A DNA stretch of 63,289 bases, the filler included, from Choristocarpus tenellus KU-1152 (Eukaryota; Protista; Phaeophyceae), in NCBI GenBank assembly GCA_964200185.2. It is 9 parts of 9 records of this genome, joined end to end, with 100 filler letters (N's around TTAATTAATTAA, not from the genome) between each part and the next. Parts side by side here need not be neighbours in the genome. Positions count along the whole stretch, not along the records: positions 20,138 to 32,589 come from CAXNAD020001834.1; positions 32,690 to 35,985 come from CAXNAD020020966.1; 7 more parts are not named here. One strand, written 5' to 3'. Positions 23,601-36,085 of the stretch are shown piece by piece. The stretch's first letter is position 1. Every line of letters begins with the position of its first letter. Below the pieces are notes generated by a model that worked only from the letters and a program-made list of their open reading frames with translations, was not told the origin of the DNA and ran no database searches. The translations under genes and the position numbers were made by a program.

Positions 23601-26576
23601 TTGCATTCTACACGTTCTACTATGCAGTTGCTGTGAGCATACAGAACATGCCGCCGGGATGCTTTTTTTTCATGGGAACTAATGCGATGAAGATGACCAT
23701 CCCTGAGTTTATTCCTCTGCTGGCAAACTTTGCGGCCAATGTTATTATGCCAACCACACTTGCTTACTCCACCTCCCTGTTCCTGGCACAGTCTACAGAC
23801 TTCAAGGTGTGGAGGACGGGAGCTTTACGCTTGTATTACAATTTTTGTTGTTTTTCAGGTCAATAACCTGTGCACTGTGCTGAAAATATGAATAGGACAC
23901 TTCAGGGGTGGGTGGTGGGTCAGAAGAAAATTAAATACAAAAACGGACAGATGATCGTGGTGTCAGAATGTCACTACACTTTACTGGTAGGCTGATGCTT
24001 TCTTCACTCTTCTGTGTTAGCTTTGCTGGAGACTGCAAGTAAGAGCACAAACATTACTGTGTAGCAAGTTTCACAACTGCAACTGCTGTCCACATTCCCC
24101 GTATCTCTTTTTTCTATTGAGCAGGACACCATCCTGGATAGTGTGGCTGTCTACTTCCTTATTGACCTTGATGAGTGAGTGGATGCAGTGCAATATTTAT
24201 TTCACCTTCAATCCTTACCCCTCCTTCCCTCGGTCAGACTTTGTCCTGAATATATTTTTTTCAAGACGTTCTTGTGATGGTATGGTGTTGACATGCTTCG
24301 CTTATTAGTTCCTATGTAGCAAGTGGGGTGTGGCATCTCTGGTAAGGTTTTGTTTCGAAGGGTTAAGAGCATTGGAAGGGACACACTTTTGCCTCTTCAA
24401 AGACCGCAGATTGAGTACACAGTGAACGAGCAATGAGAGGAGCGATCAGTATTATCGTGGTGGGGGGAGGCTAGGAATCATCAAGACTGATATTGTTTCT
24501 CCAAGCTTTGGTATTGTGAGCCTCTATAGATGTCGATGGAACAAAAAATACTTTTAATGAGGTTGCCTTGAACAGTGTAGACGATTGGGTGATCTAGGTA
24601 TCCCATTGAAAAAGATACTTTGATTGCTTTTTTTTTTCCACCACACCTCTGACCCACCTTCACCTCGTCGACTTCTGTCCGACATCGATTGTAAATTTCC
24701 ACTCTGCAGTCAGCTCATCACCAACAGGGATGTGAATCACCTCCATGCGTGTGTGGTATTGAAGCATGTCCGCTTGTTCAAGGTTTTCACCCCCGGAATG
24801 GGCAGCGAAATCCGTGAGGGTCTGTCTTCAAGATTGAATGTGAGTACTGTGATAGGCTTTTGTCCTTGATGCAACCCTTCCCCTGCATGAAATAAACGTG
24901 GCATGTTACATGAAAAGATCGAGTTATTAAATACATGCCATGGATTTTGTAACTGCTAGTGACAAACTGGGATGGTCACGACTGAAATTCACTAGGTTGT
25001 GTCAGATGTCCAACATGATGATCCCCTCCTCTACCGCTGCCACCCCTCTTTCACTCTGATGCAGAGAATCCGTGCCGAGTTCGTGTTCCTTTTTGTGGTT
25101 TACCTGACTTCCCTTGGTATGCTGGTGACTGGAATTGTCAAGTTTGTGAGGTTTTGAAGGTGCCATTCAAAAACATTACAGCAGAGCTGTACTATGGAGC
25201 GTCTTTCATGTACCCATTCTGCACCAAATATCCTTCCCCTCTCATTATGATGGTCTAAGGGCAGTATGGTGAAGGAAGTGAATGCTAGTAGTCGATTGGA
25301 TTGTGCTGACTGCATGTTGCGATCTTCATGCATGAAGTGGTCAAGCTCTCTGGTAAAGATTTGGTGTGCCTTGGCCTACCTCCTGAGGGAAATATGCTAT
25401 CTATGCACTTGTACACTTGTGAAGTGCTGTGTAATTGAGTGACAAGTATGTATGATCACCTCAAATTTGAAGCATCATATCACCCAATAGTTGAAATGAT
25501 AGCAATATCCGAGTTAGTTTAGAGTACTTAACACCTGAATTTTATCAATGATATGCAAACTTGACCATGGCAGGAATATTTGTTTGGTTATGGGATGGTT
25601 AAGGAGTTGGGGCAGGTCCATTGTGGCAATGAGTGTTTTCATCAGGATTGCATGACAAGTCACATACAAAAGTATATTGATTGCCCATGTAGTTTGCAGG
25701 GTGAACATTGTTCAATTGAAAAACTATAGCTTTGTGCTTTCACTGCACAATCATAGGTTTCCCATGCTTGTTTGGAAGTTGTGTGAGATTTGCATGCCTG
25801 CATGCACTGTGTGCGTGCGTGCTCGAGAGGTCACACACCCAAGTACTTGGGAGTATTTCCCTTGAGGTGATATGGGGTGATGACCATTGCCAGTTTGCAA
25901 AGGTAAATGTGCTTGTACTCTCTCTGCTCAAATATTTCTGAGCTATTCCAGGGTGCAGATCTTGCACGTTGGTGCGCTACAGCAGTATCTATAGATAACT
26001 CAAGTTGTGCAGCCCCCTCAATTCAAGGTATATGGTTCAGGGTAACTATGCAATCAGAGTATGTGCTAGAACTATGTTTGTACACTTTTTGTTATATTTT
26101 TGTGTAGACATTGTGTCAGTGTTTTGTATATTTTTTCCATAATTTTGGAAAGGGAAATCAAGCTGGGATATAGACTGTTTTGATGTCATTTGAATTTGTT
26201 GTACTTCTATTTGAAGTGTGTAGTAGATTCATCTAGAGCATGTTTCGTGCGCAGTATGACAAGTGTTGTACCTTCCGAACTTGTTGGTCAAGTCCCCTTG
26301 TGTGGTTGTTTGGTTCATCAACCACTCTGCTGGTCGTTGATCTACCGCTTTGAATATATAAGGGCGGTTGGTTTGCTTCTTCTCTTGTTGTCTTTAATGC
26401 ACAACTCTATATATTTACACATGATAAATGAGAGGGATATGTTCTCTGAGGTGGCTATTATTGTTTTATCTTGTATGTTTTCTTGTACAAATTACTTTGC
26501 AACTACTCGGGAATGTTTATTATATATAAATGCAGGGGGCCTCCACCAAGAACAATTCTTCGAATGGAATTGTTAG
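20614..26576 (+). CDS. Multi-exon uncharacterised membrane protein, 5' end missing
   Basis: Putative exons 20614-20955, 21294-21361, (21898-22002 and/or from 22209, unresolved), 23554-23806, 24125-24174, 24710-24839, 25065-25145, 25952-26027, 26536-26576 (TAG). The 3' exons join in phase: ...LAYSTSLFLAQSTDFK/DTILDSVAVYFLIDLDD/QLITNRD...SSRLN/RIRAEFVFLFVVYLTSLGMLVTGIVKF. Several hydrophobic segments. No family recognised. Confidence 0.55.
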
Positions 26577-28338
26577 CCCCTGCTCATTACACCATCACCA
26601 TAGTGTACTAACACACGAACCACTAATAATTCGGTAATGGCATACCTTCAATTCTCGGCAGTGTCAACTCTCCTGCATAGTAAATGAGATGTGTGGATTA
26701 GCAAGGAAAATGTGCACAGGATTTTCATGATTTTTGCGGGTAGATGCTTTGAAGTGGGATGTATGACAGCAGGTAGTGGATCTATCTGCTTGAGGGGGAT
26801 GACCTGAAAGCGATTGAGTCCCACAGAAGAAAAGTTGACTTTCTGGTGCCTGCTTTGATAGACGTCACCCCTTGAGATCTGAACAGGTGAGTGTGACTGC
26901 TGAAAATATATACCAAATATCAATACCAAACAGGCATGTCTATAATTACAGATACAGCTGATAAACTGCCCATTGCCAACAACATGGCATCTTCATGCAC
27001 GGCCCATTTGCTCAAGATGCCTCAGAAATCCTACCACCCTCCTCTCAGAGGGTGATGTGCAAGTGACCAACCTCAAGCAAACTTCATGGAAACTTGGGAG
27101 GGGGAAAGGGCATGGAAACAATTGTACATAGACCCCAAAACTTGTTTCTGTTCAATTAAAAAAAAACAATGCACAGTTGAAGACAGTGCCGATGCAAGTG
27201 ATTTGTGTAGAGTTCTCTGAAAGGCAAAGTGAAGGAATTCAACAAAGCACAAGTGGCAAGAGTAACAGGATAACGACGATGGTTGCAGGGAGAGGGGGCT
27301 GCACCTCCACGACAACGATGAAGAAGATACAAGAGAGATGGTGATAGGAGGTATTACTGGAATTCGACGGCCAGCCTCCCCCACCAAGGACCCCAACCCA
27401 TGACCACCTCAACTACGTCAGCTCACACTGGAACACTGTGCGATCTGTTTTTCCCAGATACAATGGCCAGTACTCCCTTTCTCCTGCACACTCACTTGAT
27501 CTGGACTGTGCCTCAGCTCTATACCTCCGTGCCCGGCCCCTGCATCCTGTCGCGTGCCTCACCTGCTGCACCCCTGTCAGCTAAGAACACTACCACGCTA
27601 CCATGGAATGGAGTGTGGGAACCGAAGTCGTGCTGGAATCCATCCGCTGACAACCGTCCTCCATCCCTTTTGCCATCCTACGATTCTGCCTGCTCTCCAT
27701 CCCACGCCCCCACCCCCCCAGTCCCTCCCCCTTTCCCTCCCTGCCCTAGCTGTCTAGAGCCTCTCCCCCCAGACCACCAAGGCACCCTCCCTTGTGGGTG
27801 CTCGCTCCACCTCAACATGGTTAGCCTCTACGAAGATGCTAACCACCCTCTCACATGCCCCTACTGTGGAACGCACCTACCTATTCCCATGCTTTTCAAT
27901 CACACTTATACCACCCTAACCAGCCAAAGACACCCACCTGGTGGGTTCATAATCCATCTGAATAACGCCACTGCAGCCCAAGTCCACCTCTTTTCACCAC
28001 ACATCCCGGACCCAAACTCACACCCGACCCACCCCACTCCACAGATCGGAGAACCCCCTACCCCCACACCTCAACCCATCTCACCCCCACTCCCACCCCA
28101 GTCACCACCACCACCTACTCCCACTACCCCCACACCTCTACAGGAGATCTAGACCACCTACCACCACATTCATGTCTGCCTTGGGGGGTTCATACTCCAA
28201 GTGTAGCTTCTGCCCTTGACCAAGTCCAGTTGGAGACCCTGGAGCAGGTAAACATCACGGTTAAGAAGGTACCGAGCAGGTTCCACACTGCCCACGCAAT
28301 TGCCGTCATGCACACAGTGGATCTCCTGATACAATGAA

Positions 28339-28595
28339 GAGCCAAAGTATCTTAGAGGGTAAAGCGGGGTCCATTTAGGGGCCAAAATCCAATGTTGCAA
28401 TTTTGATGCAATTTTTACAATTGTGTTTGATAGGAAGTGCCAATATCCTTGTTCCAAACACACCTTTTCATAACGTATACATCTTACCTACTCCGAAACA
28501 TTTTGGAGTAAGAAAATGTCATAAAAAGAACATGGGAAGCCAACCCCAAATGGACAAAGAGGGCAAAACTCGTACCGTCTATAATACTTTCTCTT
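28339..28595 (+). mobile_element. ~257-bp TIR MITE, copy 7 (nested in CRE element)
   Basis: TSD TGAA/TGAA; removal keeps the retrotransposon frame continuous. Confidence 0.88.
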
Positions 28596-30010
28596 TGAAG
28601 TAACGCCCCAAGGCTGGAGGGTCGAACACCACCGTAGGTCATCAGAGCGTCCAAACACTTCCACATGATCTCTGGCCTCTTACTGGCAAATGATGGAAAG
28701 TTCTCGAGGGAGGAAAGGTTTGCCCGGTTGGCATCAGGGAACATCCAAGAGCTAGTCATATGGCTACTAGAACGATTCCAGAGGATCAGCAGACGTAGGG
28801 AGGTCCCTGGAGAGGACCCAAATCCCGCAAGGAACACACTGCAGCTTTGGGTCACCACCATGGAGGAATCTCCAAGGGGGGAGTGTGCCCCTAGCACAAC
28901 CCAGAGCCTTGGGGACAGAGGAGACTTTCACTGTCCTGGTCCCCAAACAGAGAATCAGGATTAGCTTAGGCAGGCCATCACAGATGCAAAAGACAGCGTA
29001 CAAGGGAATTCAAGATCTGGGAACAAAGGTACTGCCCCCCTGAAGGGGAGCACACCCTCACATCCCTTCGAACGGCCTTCACAAGGGGGAACAGCAACTC
29101 TGCACCAGGCCCTGATGGGATGCGCCCTAGACACATAAGATCAGCCATCACGACGGGTGTTGGTCACGAAGAATTGTCAGAGGCATTTGCAAAACTGTGG
29201 GAGCTAGCCTACACCTCCCCGAACTCTTTATCTCATAAGTTCTGGACACGGCACACAAAATCCAGACTGTCCGCAATTGGGGAGAAGTGTTGCCTGGTTG
29301 CCTGCGGATTTTTCTTCAGAAGGGCATTTGCTTCAACTTTCTGCACAGACTAGCGCCCCTAACTGAAGCATTTTTTTTGTGCAGTGTAGGACAATTTGGC
29401 ATCGGGGTACCAAATGGAGTAGATTGTGCACTCCTAGATATTCACCTAAGGAACGAGTGTGGAGAATTGTAGTCAGTTTAGACAGAAGAAATGTTTTCAA
29501 CAGCGTGCGCTGCTCAGCTTTCATCAAGGCTCTCCCAGAGACTCTACCAGGACTCCTGCCCCTGATCTTGATGGGGATACCCGAAATATTCTTTTCCCCT
29601 GGATATGGGAGGGATGAAGAACTTGCCATCAAGATCAGGGGCACAACAAGGAGACCCTCTTGGCCCCCTCTTATATTGCATGGCAACACATAAGGCACTA
29701 CAGCAGGTCCAATCTGCTTTTGGACCCCAAGGGATTTCCTCCTGGAGCTATCTGAAGCACATGTCCATATCTGCAAGGGAGATCGGCCCTAACACCATAG
29801 CTGCTTTTGAGCAGTTAAAAACTAACCTCTATGAGGTAGGCATTGACTTAAATATGGCAAAACCCTTGCTGCACCTCCCCAGGGCCACCTATCCACGCCC
29901 TCAGAACTGGGGCTTCTTTCTGCAGCGAGAATTCACCTAGCCCAGAACCCCAATGGCTTTGTCACATTGGGAGCTCCTGTGGGAAAAGATGGCTTTATCC
30001 ATGCCCATAT

Positions 30011-30264
30011 GAGTGAAAGTATCTTAGAGGGTATGGGTTTTGCTCCGTTTGTCCGTTTGGGTCTTGGCTTCCCATGGTTCTTGGATGACATTTTCCTACT
30101 CCAAAATGTTTAGGAGTGGGAAAAGTGTGTTATGAAAAGGTGTGTCTGGAATATGGATACTGACACTTCCTAACAAACACGATAGCCAAAATTACATCAA
30201 ATTCGCAACATTCGAATTTGATCCTCAAATGGACGCAGCTCTACCCTCTAAGATATTTTGGCTC
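30011..30264 (-). mobile_element. ~257-bp TIR MITE, copy 8 (nested in CRE RT)
   Basis: TSD ATAT/ATAT. Removing the element plus 4 bp restores GFIHAHMAELIESSG...EDKQVA. Confidence 0.9.
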
Positions 30265-32084
30265 ATATGGCTGAGTTGATCGAGAGCTCTGGGCTACGAA
30301 GTTTGGGCACACACCTCAGCGAGATGGAGGACAAACAGGTGGCCTAGCTCCTCAACTCCTGGTCCCTCTCCTCCTGCCTAGGCTATCTTGCTAGGGTCAC
30401 TCCCCTCCTGCTGGCACACTTCACCATGGAGCAAGCAGACAACATCCCATTATCGACACTAGAGAGGATAACGGAAGTAACAGACTCAACAGAGGCGACG
30501 GATTTCTTTGAGGGAGGGTGTAACAATGGGTCTTTCCGCGCAGAGACCCACCAACAAGTACAGGCACGGATGCCCACAAGTGTGGGGGGTCTGGGCCTCT
30601 CCTGTATGAAATACCGCCAGTATGCGGATTTCGTAGGATCACTGATGGCTACTCTCTTCACCCTCCTGGCAAGGCAGCAAAGGCCTCATGGCAAGTCCTT
30701 CTCACAAACGGTTTGCACGAGCCCCACAGTACAGATTTTAGGATAGTCCATTAACACCCTCCTTTCTACAGGTATCCCCTCAGAAGATCCTGTAGAAATC
30801 ATTGGCCAAGACTGGATAACCTGGGGGTGAACAGCATCCCCTGAACCTTCCCCAGAGGTCCACATCCTGGCAGCTCATAATGCCGGGATCACAAGGAGGG
30901 TTCAACATGAGATCACATGCTTCCTGAACAGTATCCGTTTCGATTCCTTGGACACAATTAGCTGGCCTACCAAGTGAAGTACACCAGGGGAAGGAAAGCT
31001 CCTCATTAGCCCTAGCAGGTCACCGGAGCCATTGTGGACAAGGGGGTAAACTCATGGGCCTCAACGCAACCCCTAGAGCCAGCATGGCAGATCCCCTCTA
31101 GAATTCAAGCTTACAGCCAGCAGATCCCTAGGGACGGAGGAAGCCCTCTCAAACAGGTGCCCAGTGGCAAGGGTGCAGGAGGCAAAATATCGACACCAGA
31201 CATGCCCATGCCTGTCCCAGGGCAGGAGGACAGGTTCGACAGCACACAGCCATGGTAAAACGCCTAAGCCAACTATGCAAGGGAATGGGCATCCCTTGCA
31301 CTACGGAGGATGGCTGCCCCTTCATAGTACACAGGAACATGGATCTAGTTTTCTATGCAGGGGCACTGGTGGACGCTGGAAGAGCTCCCTACCGGGACAA
31401 AGGCCTTCTGCTAGATGTTGCATTTACAGAAGTGCAGGCAACCTCCCATCTCACACACTCATCCACCAGCAATGGTGTAGCTGCTGCTGCAGCCGAGTCA
31501 CGAAAGCGCACCCACTACAAGGACTCTTTTGACCCTTGTAGTTATAACCTCAACACCTTTGCAGTGGAAAGTTTTGGGCACCTCAGCAAGTAAGCGGAAT
31601 GCTTCCTGGATGAGCTGGCTACACACATGGTGGTGGTGGGGGGAGAGGAACTGGAGGATATAACAGGAAAGGAACAGTTAAATCCCGGCTACGCCAAATT
31701 GTCTCATTAACTAGGCAAATGGTACTGTCTAGACATATTACGCGTTTTAAGCTGGAGTCACCAGGGAGATAGGCACGGAGGGCTTTGATGGATTCTTGGG
31801 ATACCTCCCTAGGTCCTCACCCTGATGTACAGGAATAGGTAGATTGGAGGCACAGGGAGGCGGTGTACAACATAGATAGAGGGCATAAATATATATATAT
31901 ATATAGTATTAAAAATAATATGATTGATTTTAATTTATTATTATGCCCTGTGACATTCTGCAGATAGATGTGTCAGGGGAAAAAGCAATGAAAACTATTC
32001 ACATGTCAGAAAACCACCTAAAAACGTAATGGTTGTCGTAAAATATGAAAAACACTAAACAACCTATTTGATATTTTACTACCA

Positions 32085-32290
32085 GCTATGCTGTACCACT
32101 GACTTCTAGTGCCTCCAACCTAGCTTAGTCCTGCACCCCAGGGAGAGGAGCTAGGGAAGCGTCCGAAGAATATAACAAGCCCCTCCTTGCCCATCTCCCT
32201 GGTGTCTCCAGCTTAAAACGCATGACACATCTAGATAGAGCTACTTGTTTTGTGACTGACACACTATCTGTCCTAGACGGGATTTGACAG
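32085..32290 (-). mobile_element. 5'-truncated second copy of the CRE-like element 3' end, tail-to-tail
   Basis: The reverse complement aligns with 31675-31878 (shared GCGTTTTAAGCTGGAG.CACCAGGGAGAT and TTGGAGGCAC). Confidence 0.75.
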
Positions 32291-32447
32291 TATATTATAA
32301 TACTTCCTCTGTTCGGAATTAAACTCTGTTCTCGCCCAGGAAGGACCTAAGCGATAAGCCCTCTGGACGAGGCTTAGTTCTCAAATCGATTGGAAGGAGT
32401 ACACATTTTGAGAGGGTGGACTCTCATGACTGTGGAGGATCACTGGT

Positions 32448-32589
32448 GAGTCAAAGTATCTGAGAGGGTACGATTTTTTCCCTGTTTGTCCATTTGGGGC
32501 TTGGCTTCCCACGCGTTTTTATGATGACATTTTAACTACCCCAAAATCTTTCCGAGTAGGTAAAATGTGTAAGTTTTGAAAAGGAGTGT
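32448..32589 (-). mobile_element. TIR MITE copy 9, truncated by contig end
   Basis: GAGTCAAAGTATCTGAGAGGGTACG...GTCCATTTGGGGCTTGGCTTCCC followed by the internal hairpin. Confidence 0.85.
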
Positions 32590-32689
32590 NNNNNNNNNNN
32601 NNNNNNNNNNNNNNNNNNNNNNNNNNNNNNNNNTTAATTAATTAANNNNNNNNNNNNNNNNNNNNNNNNNNNNNNNNNNNNNNNNNNNN

Positions 32690-35600
32690 GGGGGGGTAAA
32701 CTCTGGTCCTGGTGCGGGAAGGGGCAGGGGTTCTGATGGCAGCGGTGCCAGCGGAGGTGGGGGTGGTGATCCCGACGGACTGGCATGGGTGGATGAGCGT
32801 TCCTCGCTGCGGTTTGGCCGAGACCGCCGTGTGCGTGAGGCATGCCGTCTGTTGCGTGGGTCCCGTCCAATCAGGTTCCATGTGGAGCGCTCTCCTGAGG
32901 TAACTGACCATGAGCATCAGGGGCGATTGCAGTCTCGGCTGTTGCAGCTGGCTGCTCGAACCCTGGCCACACCGGTAGGGAGGGGAATGCTAACCCTTGG
33001 AACAACAGAACCGTTGCTGGCTGAGCCCCTGCCTGTGCCGCCCCTCTGCCTGGCGGGGCGTGTTAAGCCTACAGATGTTGTTCTCAACCTTGACCTGACT
33101 GCCTCCAACGTTGGGCCCGATGTCACTGCTTGGGCGGAGTTCCACAATGGCGTTGCCGCTGGACTAAGACTTGCCCCTGCATGGGGACCGACCTCCCCTG
33201 GGGGGATGCCTAGACAGGGAAAGGAGTGGAGGGGAGGTGGTGGGGCTAGGGCTGGGGCGAAGGGTGGGAGTTGGGAGAGAGGTAGGGTTGGCGGGGATGG
33301 TAGGGGGGGTTCCATAAGCCGTACCTGGATCATGTACCACCGACCAGTAGAGGGTGCCAGCAATGCACATGGAGGTTTGCTGATGGCGCTGGGGCTTCAG
33401 GGTCACCTTTCAGCCTTGGCCACAATGGATGTGTATGACTATCTGACCAAGGGCCAAGACAGTACCACTGTGGGTGTCCTGCTGGGGATGGCAGCAGCCA
33501 GGAGGGGGTCTTCTGACCTGTCTACACACAAGGTACCACTGTCTACTTCTTGTAGGTGTTGTTCTCCTGTTATGGTACATTTGGACCTTTTATCTTATGG
33601 TGCTTTTGGAAGTATGGAATACCTTGTTGGGGCAGATTTTTTTGTGTGAGGAGAGTTGACTGGCCAGGAGTGGGGAAATAGGTTTGGTTGGTGCTATGTG
33701 CGAAACTCAGGAGTATACTGTAGGTTGTGATCATTTGTTACATGTCATTGGGGCATCTTTACTCTATCCTGATTCGAATGCCAAACAAACCATTGCTGTG
33801 AAATTGGCACAATTTTTCGCAACCTTCTCATTCACCTGCAACCTATGGCTTACCTCTTTTTTTGTGGAAGATGCTCTGTTTACATGTGCCCAGCCTCCTG
33901 CCGCCTCCATTTGCTGACATGGATGTGAGCAGCGTTACTCAAGCAGCAGCCCTGGCAGGCGCTGGCTTACTGTACCAGGTATGCGAGCATTTGTTCTGAT
34001 GCCGAGCCTTCTTCCCATTAATTGTGTTCTGAACCCCAATCCCTCTCCCTCACCAGTGGCGTTTACTTTTGAATTTGAAATGTGAAATGTGAGTTTGGAG
34101 TGTGCACCTCATTGTGTTGCTTTAGGGATGGGGCTATATGTGTGAACAACACAGGTTGTATTCTTGTGGGGGCTGACATATGGTAAGATGTTACGACTGA
34201 AGTGTACCGCTGATGGTACATATATTTTTGAAAGTGCATGTTGGTATGCACTTTCATGTTCTTAATTGTACATGCGATGTTCACACCCTATGTTAGGTGT
34301 ACCCTCTACGTGGCATTCTCCTGACAAGTGCAAGTCAATAGGAACTTTTAAAGGTACTCTACAAACTACGAAAAAGTGAGGGCAATGAAGTGCCTCTTGG
34401 CCTGACCTCCTCACCCTAGCATGCCCCCCCCCCCCCCCCCCCCTCTCTTCCCNNNNNNNNNCCCCCCCCCTGGTTCTACTCCTCACCCTACTTCTCTGGT
34501 CTAACAACCACCACCACTAACCTCCGCCATCTAAAATGTTGATATTTTTGTTACATGTTTCTTCTCCTTACTCCATAAACTGAACCCTGGTTACATTGGT
34601 GTGTGTGTGTGTGTGTGTGTGTTGTGTATTGATGCTGACCAATGGCACCATCTGGAAGGGTACATCCCACCGCCTCATGACCGAGTTTTTATTAGTGGAG
34701 ATGAACAAGTGGCCCACCAGCGACAGATTCGCAGATCGTGAGGGGTATGCACTGGCCTGTGGATGGTCACTGGGGATGATCAACTTGGGCAAGGGTGCTA
34801 ATGGGGGAATGGCAGGTATTGCTGACCTCAAAATAGAGCAACGCCTGTACAGGTGAATACACTGCTTGGAGGGGTAGGCCTCTCGACATGGTGGTGCTTG
34901 AGGTGGGAGAGGGAGGGAGAGACGGCACTTGTTGTTGGGGTGCTGGATGGATGATGAGTGGGAGTTGGGGAGGGGGAATGCATGGAGTTGAGGTTGGACT
35001 TTCTTTGATGCTTTGAAATGGAACATGTGTTTGTTGCTTGTTTTGATGTAAATTTTTGGCAGGTGTGGTGGTAAGGCGTTTCTGGGTCCTTTCCCATGTC
35101 CCTCATTTAGATGGAGCAAGGCATATTTTTGTTTTTTTATGATAGTGCTGGACACTAAGATCACTCCAGCCTCTCGCTGTACATAGTACAAGTGCCACTG
35201 TTAATAGAGGAGTGGAGTAAGTACCTTGTGGGTAATGGCCTTGATGCTTTAGTTAAAGTTTGTACCTTCTGAAAGATTATCTCGAAACTTTTTCCTGCTG
35301 TAGATGCATTGTCTTTTCAATAGCACAAGCTGTATTAATTGATATTAATAGTACGTTACAGCAGTCGCAAAGTGATAGGCACTTTTTTTATTTTTCGGGA
35401 CAGGCACTTGTATAGTATAGTATGTAGTATATAGTATAGTATAGTATAGTTTAAAGTGTGTGTGTTACTTGTTGCTATTATTAAAGAGGGTAGTGAATTT
35501 TGTACATGGTCCAGAAATGTGTAGTGCATTTTGAACATATTGATATTATTGTGATTTGAATCTGTTAGTAATAGTAATGGTAGTGGTAATGTCAAGGGTG

Positions 35601-35985
35601 ATAGTAGTGGTAATGTCAAGAGTGTGAAGGGAAACAAAGGACCTTTCTGGGAGCCACCACATCTGAGGGCTCAAGTATGGGGTATACTGGGGGTTCATGA
35701 CCAAGTGCAAGAGACTGGAGGAAACTAAAGATGGAGATACTCTGGTTACCCTCCTCTATTTGCTCTTCCCACGTTAGAACTGGAAGGTATTTTCTGAATT
35801 GTGGTTACATGGGGCCCTTAATTCGATATCCCCCTTCTTTCAACTCATCACGCTGAATTGCCTCCGGTGACGCTCCTGTACCTGCACTCCACAGATACAT
35901 GAATGGGGGAAGGGACCTGATGTCTCGAGGGGGAGGGGGATCTGCCAGTAGTGATCAGGGCGGCAACGACCAGGGCGCTGGGGGG
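32690..35985 (+). CDS. APC1: Anaphase-promoting complex subunit 1 (PC-repeat region), partial at both ends
   Basis: Exons 32690-33532, 33871-33978, 34659-34852, 35895-35985. Motifs RFGRDRRVREACRLL, PVGRGMLTL, WAEFHNGVAAGLRL, HGGLLMALGLQGHL, MLCLHVPSLLP, GLLYQGTSHRLMTEFLL and DREGYALACGWSLGMINLGKG. Confidence 0.95.
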
Positions 35986-36085
35986 NNNNNNNNNNNNNNN
36001 NNNNNNNNNNNNNNNNNNNNNNNNNNNNNTTAATTAATTAANNNNNNNNNNNNNNNNNNNNNNNNNNNNNNNNNNNNNNNNNNNN

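Larger units (their letters stand above)
27400..31905 (+). mobile_element. Decayed CRE/MoTeR-like non-LTR retrotransposon (RT plus CCHC plus restriction-like endonuclease)
   Basis: Fragments APGPDGMR, GQFGIGVPNG, SLDRRNVFNSV, SGAQQGDPLGPLLYC, SYLKH (decayed YLDD), GFVTLGAPVG, ARMPTSVGGLGL, C..HAHAC...RQH, RNMDLV...LLLDV and FAVESFGHLS; (AT)n tail at 31889-31905. Many stops and frameshifts; 5' limit uncertain. Confidence 0.85.

Noticed and set aside
9490-28603. Recurring small ORFs with TPFHNVYILPTPKHFGVGKCH
   Set aside because: These are translations of MITE copies; frames and starts are not conserved between copies.
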